A stretch of 64,000 bases of DNA, from the NCBI GenBank assembly GCA_005223075.1, contig NJBO01000002.1:1836-65835 (forward strand), written 5' to 3'. Shown piece by piece: positions 39,392-46,745 of this stretch. Position 1 is the stretch's first letter; every line of letters starts with the position of its first letter. The stretch is from a candidate division TA06 bacterium B3_TA06 (lineage in GTDB: Bacteria > Hydrothermota > Tepidihabitantia > B3-TA06). Below the pieces are notes generated by a model. It ran no database searches. It was not told the origin of the DNA and was given only the letters and a program-made list of their open reading frames with translations. The position numbers and the translations under genes were made by a program.

Positions 39392-39967
39392 ATGGCAAGC
39401 ATAAATGGAACAAAAACCGAACGCAATCTCTTGACCGCGTTTGCCGGCGAGTCGCAGGCCCGCAACCGATACACCTACTTTGCGAGCAAGGCACGCAAGG
39501 AAGGCTATGTTCAGATAGCCGACATCTTTGCCGAAACCGCCAATCAGGAACGCGAACACGCCAAACGTCTCTTCAAGTTCCTCGAGGGCGGCGAGGTGGA
39601 GATAGCCGCAGCATTTCCCGCAGGCGTAATCGGGACGACGCCTGAGAACCTTAAGGCCGCAGCCGCAGGCGAGAACTACGAGTGGACCGAGATGTACCCC
39701 GGTTTCGCCAAGCTGGCCCGCGAGGAAGGCTTTGAGGGGATCGCAGCGGTTTTCGAGGCGATCTCGGTTGCCGAAAAACAGCACGAGAAGCGCTACAATG
39801 ACCTTCTGGCCAACATCGAGGCGGGCAGGGTCTTCAAACGAGATAAACCGGTGATCTGGCGGTGCCGCAACTGCGGCTACCTGCACGAAGGCACCGAAGC
39901 CCCACAAGAATGTCCAGCCTGCGCCCATCCCCAGGCCCACTTCGAGATACTTGGTGAAAACTGGTAA
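39392..39967 (+). CDS. rbr: Rubrerythrin
   Basis: [27 protein letters not shown]. Confidence 0.95.
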   Translation: MASINGTKTERNLLTAFAGESQARNRYTYFASKARKEGYVQIADIFAETANQEREHAKRLFKFLEGGEVEIAAAFPAGVIGTTPENLKAAAAGENYEWTEMYPGFAKLAREEGFEGIAAVFEAISVAEKQHEKRYNDLLANIEAGRVFKRDKPVIWRCRNCGYLHEGTEAPQECPACAHPQAHFEILGENW

Positions 39968-40117
39968 CCCGTAACACCGTAACACGCCTCCACTCCCACG
40001 GGGATTTCGCTTCTAACAAAACCATAGTATCAAGGGTGCATTGATGGTGCGCCCTTCCTTTTTGTTACCTTGACAACCCACCACTCTGAGGTTATCCTGA
40101 GCAAACAAGGAGGCAGC

Positions 40118-40795
40118 ATGCGTAAGATAATTATTCTGATCCTTCTAGGAGCGGCTATAGCCGCCGCCGATCCATTCAACACCGTCACCGCCTACACCCT
40201 ACCCCCTCAGATTGGCTACATCGGGCCGAACGTGCCGGTTACGATACCCCTAGAAGAAGGAGGAGACATCTCCATCGCCCCGGTCCTTTGGGCAGGCTAT
40301 GGAATCTTCCCTCGGTTCGATATGACCTTGATGATCCCGGCCAGTATCTACGAGGGCGAGTTCAATCTGGGCGACGCAATGCTTGAGTGGCGTTACGAGC
40401 TGATCTCCTATGAGATGTTAAGCGTCTCGCCGGTGTTCGATGTATTCATACCCATGTATTCCGGTGGTTCGTTGAGCTTTGGCCCAGGGGTGATGGCAAG
40501 CGCTGGGTTTCCCGCCCTGCAGTTACATGCGAATCTCTTCTACACTACTGACTTCAAGGGTTCGGCAGGCGAACTGGCTTTTCTTACTGCTTCTGAATAC
40601 TGGCTATACGAAAGCTTCTCACTCTATACAGAACTTAACCTCTATTACTCGCTGGACGCAAAGGAAGGCACAGTTGAGTTCTGGCCCGGTGTAAGCTGGT
40701 ATCCTACCAACTGGTTGAACATAAATGCCGCCCTTGGTATCCCCACTACCCTGGGCTATCTCTCCCCCGGCCTGGCGGCGTACGTGAGTTTTTAA
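40118..40795 (+). CDS. Probable outer-membrane beta-barrel protein
   Basis: AAGGAGG RBS, signal peptide, amphipathic strands, terminal YVSF. Confidence 0.65.
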   Translation: MRKIIILILLGAAIAAADPFNTVTAYTLPPQIGYIGPNVPVTIPLEEGGDISIAPVLWAGYGIFPRFDMTLMIPASIYEGEFNLGDAMLEWRYELISYEMLSVSPVFDVFIPMYSGGSLSFGPGVMASAGFPALQLHANLFYTTDFKGSAGELAFLTASEYWLYESFSLYTELNLYYSLDAKEGTVEFWPGVSWYPTNWLNINAALGIPTTLGYLSPGLAAYVSF

Positions 40796-40882
40796 GAAAA
40801 ACCTGAGATTAAAAGAGGTTTGTGTTACGAATCTTTGCAGACGTGCCACAAACTCGTCAGAGTTATATCGCACTCGTCACAA

Positions 40883-41068
40883 AAAAGCTGGTCAAAAGCT
40901 GGACAAAAGCTCCCCAAAAGCTGGTCAAAAAGTGGACAAATCAAGGACAATTTTCCCGGGTCCCCATAAAGCTACGAAGTAGATTTACGGGGTAAAAAAA
41001 GCTGGTCAAAACCCCGGGGTCCCCGCAAAAGCGCGAAGCGATTTTGTGGGGTAGAAAAAGGTGGACAG
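40883..41068 (+). repeat. Degenerate 11-nt tandem repeat (AAAAGCTGGTC) interrupted by two 37-nt elements
   Basis: aaaagctggtc / aaaagctggac / aaaagctcccc units; inserts at 40957-40993 and 41016-41052. Confidence 0.75.
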
Positions 41069-41293
41069 GGACGCGACTGCGTCGCGATTGCAAATATCAA
41101 ATTGCAAAATGCAAATTTTAAAATGATGGTGCGGCTGCGGAGCAGACGTCTGGGGTTAAAAATTCGGGTAATTTCGGGTTGATTTATTATAGGGGAAGCG
41201 GTTTCCCCGCTCCCTTTATCCCCTTATTCATCTCAGCCCGCTTTTTTAATCGGGCCTTTTACCCTCACTCTTCAGAACACCTTGAGGAGATTC

Positions 41294-41381
41294 GTAGGGG
41301 CGTACCTTTAGGTGCGCCCGCATGATTTAATCGGGCCGACTTGACGCGTAGCGGCGTCTGATCGCCAAAGTCGGCCCCTAC
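41294..41381. repeat. Inverted REP doublet, copy 1
   Basis: gtaggggcgtacctttaggtgcgcccgc-atgattta-atcgggccgac..gtcggcccctac. Confidence 0.85.
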
Positions 41382-41385
41382 GAGC

Positions 41386-41538
41386 TTACTTATTCCTTTT
41401 GATCATCTTCTCCGAACGGTTTTCTTTCGGGTTCCGTGAGTATTTATGAACATCATCTCCATTAGGATTAGGTCTTGGAGTTGGCACGGGCTGTTTGTGT
41501 TTTTGAGAACCATTCTCAGATTTTTCTTTTTCTGGCAT
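41386..41538 (-). CDS. 50-aa Pro/Lys-rich micropeptide
   Basis: ATG 1 nt after the stop of the upstream peptide; QPVPTPRPNPNGD. Confidence 0.55.
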   Translation of the reverse strand: MPEKEKSENGSQKHKQPVPTPRPNPNGDDVHKYSRNPKENRSEKMIKRNK

Positions 41539-41539
41539 T

Positions 41540-41701
41540 TTAACCTTCTTTCGTATGGTTAGGTGTCGAAGAAGAGGATTGCTCAGATGGTGGCTCGGGA
41601 CGTCTCGAAGTAGGATTATCAGCATCCGGATTGGGCTTAGGAGTTGGCAAAGGTTTATCCGGCTTACCTGATGGCTTTTTAGGCCTGTCTTGATCAGGCA
41701 T
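41540..41701 (-). CDS. 53-aa Pro-rich micropeptide (not in ORF track)
   Basis: AGGAGG RBS; MPDQDRPKKPSGKPDKPLPTPKPNPDAD... Confidence 0.6.
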   Translation of the reverse strand: MPDQDRPKKPSGKPDKPLPTPKPNPDADNPTSRRPEPPSEQSSSSTPNHTKEG

Positions 41702-41742
41702 TAAAACCTCCTACTAAAGAAAATACAATTAATACAAGATTC

Positions 41743-41805
41743 GTAGGGGCGTACCTTTAGGTGCGCCCGCATGATTTAATCGGGCCGACTTTCAAGTCGG
41801 CCCCT
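41743..41805. repeat. Inverted REP doublet, copy 2
   Basis: Same as 41294 and 44724; overlaps the end of the 41776-43218 gene. Confidence 0.85.
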
Positions 41806-43218
41806 CTCTCCGTGCCAACGAAAAGCACGGCGGAAACCAAGGTCTTCGGCCTCTTTGATAGTCCATACATATGTCTCTCCTCTTTCCCTCTCAACCTTAG
41901 TCCTGTCGTATTGCTGATCAAAAGGAAGATGATAAATCTTTTCACCCGTCTGACGATTCACATTGCATTTGACTAAGGGATAATCCTCAAGTTTGAAATT
42001 TTCTATGACTTCCACTCCAAGAACCTCGGCAAACCTATGAGCTACAGGCGAAAGTTCGGTGGTTGTCATAAAAACAGACTTCACTTTTAACTTCTTTTGA
42101 AACAGCTCTAAATTCTGGGGACGTTGTTTTCGTTCTTGCTCTACTCTATACATCATGGTAGTCCCATATAGCTGAGCGATGTGCTTTTCATATATTGTTC
42201 GCCATCTAGCCCAACATTTGCATTGAACGATGTGAACCTCTTTGCCTTTCTGGGCAATAACATCCCGACCTAAATCTTCTTCTCTATACAAGACTCCAGA
42301 TGGCAATACCTTATATCCTTTCTCCCAATACCACCATGCCACATATCTCTCGTAATCTCTTCCTATTTGCCACCTACTTTTATGAGGACGCCGACGCCAA
42401 TTATCAAGAGCACGTTGAAGGCGCTCTTGATGGGAAAGTTCTTCCTTAACCGCCTCCCCCTGCCAAAAAACTGCCGGATCAACACCTTCTTCAATCTCCT
42501 CTTCTTCTGGAAGGTTCAAGGTAGTAGCAATCATTTCGTCAATTGTTTCGCCTTCAAAGTCGAAAAGATGCGGAAGGATACTCTGCCAGTAACGAAGTAA
42601 GTATTTAGCCCGACGCCATCTCTTTTCTGCCTCCCGTCGTTTATTTGCAATGTCTCGAATTTCTTCCGCAGCCCTAGGTGCCGGATGCGATTTGTTTTCT
42701 AAATAATCTGCTCTACGTAAATCTTGAAGGTAAAAATAATCTGCGAATACTTCCCCGAGCCAAGGCATCCCTCTTTTGCTTTCTTCAATTATCCTCTGAA
42801 CTTCCTCTTGCTTCCTATTTATCTCTGCTTCCTTTTGTTCTATTGTCACTTTCATCCTAGACCTTCGCTCACTAATCTCCTTTTTCTCTTCCTCCATCAT
42901 CTGTTTAATCTCCTCTTCTCTCTGCTCCATCATTTTTCCCATCCTAAACTTCTCATCGGCTACAAGTCTTTCCCTTTGTTCAATCTCCATCTTTAGCTTC
43001 TCCATATTCGAACGGAGTTCTTTAATCTCTGCCAATTTGCTTACCAGTTGTCTCCTCTGGCGATCTATAGTTGCAGAGAGTTCTCTATTTCGATTTTCCA
43101 AATCAGTAAGTCGCCTTTTTCGTCTTTTAACACTTCGGATTATCGATGATATACCCCATATCAAAAGACCTAAAGCAACTAAAATCAGTAAAACCCAACA
43201 AATTGGTCCCTCAAACAT
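41776..43218 (-). CDS. Membrane-anchored coiled-coil Mrr-like restriction endonuclease
   Basis: N-terminal TM, coiled coil, GRDYE..DLGRDVIA..IVQCK, C-terminal GEKIYHLP..QQYDRT..EA..GFRRA. Confidence 0.8.
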   Translation of the reverse strand: MFEGPICWVLLILVALGLLIWGISSIIRSVKRRKRRLTDLENRNRELSATIDRQRRQLVSKLAEIKELRSNMEKLKMEIEQRERLVADEKFRMGKMMEQREEEIKQMMEEEKKEISERRSRMKVTIEQKEAEINRKQEEVQRIIEESKRGMPWLGEVFADYFYLQDLRRADYLENKSHPAPRAAEEIRDIANKRREAEKRWRRAKYLLRYWQSILPHLFDFEGETIDEMIATTLNLPEEEEIEEGVDPAVFWQGEAVKEELSHQERLQRALDNWRRRPHKSRWQIGRDYERYVAWWYWEKGYKVLPSGVLYREEDLGRDVIAQKGKEVHIVQCKCWARWRTIYEKHIAQLYGTTMMYRVEQERKQRPQNLELFQKKLKVKSVFMTTTELSPVAHRFAEVLGVEVIENFKLEDYPLVKCNVNRQTGEKIYHLPFDQQYDRTKVERERGETYVWTIKEAEDLGFRRAFRWHGERGRLESRPD

Positions 43219-43278
43219 CTTTCGACTCCTGCTAGAATTCTTCTAGCCCAGAACTCCCACCTGAACATATCAGCCCTC

Positions 43279-43364
43279 TAATCATAAAATTATCTTATAC
43301 TCGGATACATCTTTGTCAAGTGGATTTAAAGCCTCGCTGGCGAACCTTAAGGTTCGCACTACAT
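43279..43364 (-). promoter_or_regulatory. Duplicated promoter module (TTGACA-16-TAAGAT) with partial REP
   Basis: Matches 44833-44939 apart from a 20-nt deletion. Confidence 0.7.
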
Positions 43365-43408
43365 GGATAGAGAGGGCCGAAGCCCTCTCTGCTTTTCTTA
43401 AAAGGCTC

Positions 43409-44506
43409 CTACCTTGTCCTTATGTTTCCTGAGTTCCTGTTGTCATGGCGATACTTGGGCCATGACGATGAAGCCAATCCCTTGGATTTGCTGGTAATCG
43501 CGTAGAGATTCTTGTCATCCGCCCCGAAGTAGATCGTTCCGTCGTCAGCGAGCGCGAGTGAAGAATATATCTCTCCGTCGGCTTCATATGTCCACTTAAG
43601 CTTACCTGAGGGATCAAGCGCATAGACGTTGTGATCGGGCGAGCCGAAGTAGATTGTCCCGTCCAAGCCGATTGTCGGGCCGATGTTTACGTCACCCTTT
43701 GTCTCGTATTGCCACTTGACTTCCCCCTCCGGGGTGAGCGCGTAGAGGTTGTTGTCAGCCGACCCGAAGTAGACGGTGCCGTCTTTGGCCACCGCACAGG
43801 AAGACCATATCTCATAGTCGGTCTTGAACTTCCACTTGAGCTCGCCTGAAGGGCTAAGTGCGTAAAGGTAGCCGTCCCTGGACCCGCAGTAGATGGTTCC
43901 GTCCATGCCAATCGCAGGGGAGGCCCGCACCCAGTTCCTGGTCCAGTATCTCCACTTACGCTTGCCGTCCGGGGTAAGGGCATAGATGCAATTGTCCTCC
44001 GAGCTGACGTAAATCGTCCCATCTACACCGATCGCAGGGGTAGTCGCTATGAAATCGCCGGTCCTGTACTTCCACTTGAGTTCGCCTTTGGGGGTAAGCG
44101 CATAAAGGTAACGGTCAAACGAGCCGAAGTAAATCGTCCCGTCTGAACCGAACGCAGGGGTTAACGCCCTTCCCTTGGTCTTGAACTTCCACTTTAGCTC
44201 GCCTTTGGAGGTAAACGCATATAGGTTCTTGTCGTTCGCCGCAACGTAGATCGTCCCCTTGGCATCGATTGCCGGTGCATGCACACCATACTCGATCTTG
44301 TATTTCCATTTGACCTTCCCTGAACGGGAGATGGCGTAAAGGAAGTTGTCTATAGCGGTAACGTAGATCGTCCCGTCTTTACCGATCACCGGGGTTCCTA
44401 CCTCATCACCAAGCTCGCATTGCCACTTGAGCTTGCCCGGTCTCTGACAGGTAAGCAGCCCCAGAGCGAGCGCTGTGCCTAACAGAATAAGCAGTGCTTT
44501 TTTCAT
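43409..44506 (-). CDS. PQQ-like beta-propeller (BamB-like) lipoprotein
   Basis: LLTC lipobox-like motif; repeated PAIG.DGTIY.GS.D..LYAL...G..KW. Confidence 0.88.
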   Translation of the reverse strand: MKKALLILLGTALALGLLTCQRPGKLKWQCELGDEVGTPVIGKDGTIYVTAIDNFLYAISRSGKVKWKYKIEYGVHAPAIDAKGTIYVAANDKNLYAFTSKGELKWKFKTKGRALTPAFGSDGTIYFGSFDRYLYALTPKGELKWKYRTGDFIATTPAIGVDGTIYVSSEDNCIYALTPDGKRKWRYWTRNWVRASPAIGMDGTIYCGSRDGYLYALSPSGELKWKFKTDYEIWSSCAVAKDGTVYFGSADNNLYALTPEGEVKWQYETKGDVNIGPTIGLDGTIYFGSPDHNVYALDPSGKLKWTYEADGEIYSSLALADDGTIYFGADDKNLYAITSKSKGLASSSWPKYRHDNRNSGNIRTR

Positions 44507-44723
44507 CTTTCCTCCTCATTGTGTTGGTGTTGAAGGATTTTTATCAAAGCCCTGGCAGGGCGGACTGCTAACGCAACCATCAAGTTTCCTCCTTGATACT
44601 GTCTTATGTTGAGTGTAATCGGAAACACGGACGTTGTCAAGTAAAAGGAAACAAATAGACTCTTATGAGAGAAAGCCCCAGCCGCGTATGTGAACTTCTC
44701 TTAAGAACACCTTGAGGAGATTC

Positions 44724-44826
44724 GTAGGGGCGTACCTCAGCGTGCCCCTTGGGATACCGTGTATCCCATAGGGTATTAGGTCCGCCCGCATGATTTAATC
44801 GGGCCGACTTTCAAGTCGGCCCCTAC
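44724..44826. repeat. Inverted REP doublet, copy 3, carrying a 38-nt element at 44738-44775
   Basis: Removal restores cgtacct|ttagg as in copies 1 and 2. Confidence 0.85.
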
Positions 44827-44977
44827 GAGCTTTAATCATAAAATTATCTTATACTCGGATACATCTTTGTCAAGTGGATTTAAAGCGTGTAGCGCGAGGC
44901 TTCAGCCTCGCTGGCGAACCTTAAGGTTCGCACTACATGAATAGCCCGTAACACAAGGCGCGCCCTTAATCTCTTCC

Positions 44978-45014
44978 GGGGTCCCCGCGACGTTGCAAGG
45001 CAACGGCGTGGGGT
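44978..45014 (+). mobile_element. 37-nt GGGGTCCCC...GGGGT hairpin element
   Basis: Two differences from 36272-36308. Confidence 0.7.
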
Positions 45015-45017
45015 GCA

Positions 45018-45632
45018 TCAGTGGGTGATGGTGATGCGGCGGATGGTGTCCGGAGGAATACCCTCGTCTTCATTACCGTTGCGCAACTGCATCACCACGT
45101 CCATGCCTTCGATCACTCGACCGAATACGCAGTAGTTGCCGTCAAGGTCAAGCGCCGGCTCAAGGCAGATGTAGAACTGACAAGACGCGGAGTTCCGGGC
45201 AGCGCCGCGTGCCATGCCAACCGCACCCTTAATATGCGATCGGCCGCTTTCCTCGTAGTCTATGGTGTAACCTGCGCTGCCCTGACCGGTGCCCAGAGGG
45301 TCGCCGCCCTGAATCACAAAGCCGCCGACGTAGCGATGCCAGATAAGGCCGTCGTAGAAGCCCGCATCTGCAAGCCTGATGAAGTTGCGCACAGTGTTCG
45401 GCGCCTCCATTGAATAGAGCTTGAACGTAAAGCTTCCCTTGTTGGTCTCAACCACAGCGCACTCGTTCCCGGTGAGCTTGACCGGATTGCTTTTCACGCG
45501 AAGCGCAAGCCCCACCCTCTCCTTGGCAGAAAGGTTGTAGGTATCGGGTATCGAAGGCTGAACCGCCTTAACACACGCAAGTCCTGCAAGCAGAACCAGG
45601 GACGTGAATCCGGCGAGGCGAACAAGCTTCAT
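45018..45632 (-). CDS. Cyclophilin-type peptidyl-prolyl isomerase (lipoprotein)
   Basis: APNTVRNF, FVIQGGDP.G.G, VGMAR, Y.VFGRVIEGMDVV. Confidence 0.93.
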   Translation of the reverse strand: MKLVRLAGFTSLVLLAGLACVKAVQPSIPDTYNLSAKERVGLALRVKSNPVKLTGNECAVVETNKGSFTFKLYSMEAPNTVRNFIRLADAGFYDGLIWHRYVGGFVIQGGDPLGTGQGSAGYTIDYEESGRSHIKGAVGMARGAARNSASCQFYICLEPALDLDGNYCVFGRVIEGMDVVMQLRNGNEDEGIPPDTIRRITITH

Positions 45633-45636
45633 GACC

Positions 45637-46302
45637 TCAGTCCCTTGAGATCGTTATCTTTACGATCTTGTCGCCGCGGCGGAGTTCATTGACCACATCC
45701 ATGCCTTCGACGGTCTTTGCGAAAACCACGTAGTTGCCGTCAAGCCCGGGCTGGGGTGCCAGGCAGAAGTAAAACTGACAACCTGCCGAGTTGAGGTCTT
45801 GACCGCGAGCCATACCCACGGCACCGAGTTCGTGCTTGCGGTTGTTGTGTTCGAAGGCAATATTGTACCCGGGGTTACCCGAACCACTGTTAAGCGGATC
45901 GCCGCCCTGCAGTACAAAACCCGGTTCGTAACGGAAAAAGATCAAACCATCATAGAATCCTGATTCGGACAGCCGGATGAAGTTGCGAACCGTGTTCGGG
46001 GCATCCTTCGAGTAAAGCTTAACCACAATCGTTCCCTTGTTCGTCTCGATAGTGGCCTTCTCATTACCCTGAAGCTCGATATCCTCATCCTTAACGGCAA
46101 GTGCAACCTTAATGCGATCCTGCGGGGTAGCCGTAGAATCCCACAGGTGGCGCGTGATCCCGAAAGGACCGGGCTCCGCTTTAGTAACGGTTGGTGGCGG
46201 CAACGGTTCCTGTTTGGGCTCCTCCTTTTTCTCCGCCTTGCTACAATAGATCATGGCAGCGGCAAGAATACCCATCAGTAAAACACCGATTGTCTTCTTC
46301 AT
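45637..46302 (-). CDS. Cyclophilin-type peptidyl-prolyl isomerase (tandem paralog)
   Basis: AAGGAGG RBS; same motifs as the neighbouring cyclophilin. Confidence 0.93.
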   Translation of the reverse strand: MKKTIGVLLMGILAAAMIYCSKAEKKEEPKQEPLPPPTVTKAEPGPFGITRHLWDSTATPQDRIKVALAVKDEDIELQGNEKATIETNKGTIVVKLYSKDAPNTVRNFIRLSESGFYDGLIFFRYEPGFVLQGGDPLNSGSGNPGYNIAFEHNNRKHELGAVGMARGQDLNSAGCQFYFCLAPQPGLDGNYVVFAKTVEGMDVVNELRRGDKIVKITISRD

Positions 46303-46370
46303 AGAGCCTCCTTTGGTTTGGTGATGATACATAGGAACCCCAAAAGGTCAAGTCATTAAACCTCATTAGC

Positions 46371-46398
46371 TTGACACTCCAGAAGCACACTGTATAAT
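46371..46398 (+). promoter_or_regulatory. sigma70-type promoter of the ATPase operon
   Basis: TTGACA-16-TATAAT. Confidence 0.78.
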
Positions 46399-46415
46399 TC
46401 GCGCAGGAGTTGACC

Positions 46416-46745
46416 TTGAAACAGGATCTCTTAAAGGAAATCCGCCAAGCTGAAAAGGAAGCGGCCAGGATGATTGCGGACGCAGAGGAGCAGGGGCAAA
46501 AGGAACTTGCAGAACTTGCCGCAAAGCACGAGAAGGAAAGCGCAAAGCTCGCTCTAAAGCGAGAAGAAACCCTGGCTCAAACGAGGGAGCGCGCTCGCGA
46601 GGAAGCACTTAAAGAAGCCAAGACAATAGGGGCTGAGGCAAAGAAACAAGCAGAGAGCTTGCGCAAAAAGGCAGCACCCAAGATTAACAAAGCGGCAGAC
46701 CACGCCCGGAAGAAAGTCCTGGAACTGTGGGAACAGCAAGGGTAG
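46416..46745 (+). CDS. V/A-type ATPase subunit G/H
   Basis: LLKEIRQAEKEA..I..A coiled coil directly upstream of subunit I; TTG start after AGGAG. Confidence 0.8.
   Translation: MKQDLLKEIRQAEKEAARMIADAEEQGQKELAELAAKHEKESAKLALKREETLAQTRERAREEALKEAKTIGAEAKKQAESLRKKAAPKINKAADHARKKVLELWEQQG

Noticed and set aside
40883..41068. Possible CRISPR array
   Set aside because: Units are 11 nt and degenerate, the 37-nt inserts belong to a dispersed hairpin family, and no cas genes are present.
41294..44826. Classical integron attC sites
   Set aside because: No clear RYYYAAC/GTTRRRY ends and no integrase in the window; the sites are GTAG REP doublets.
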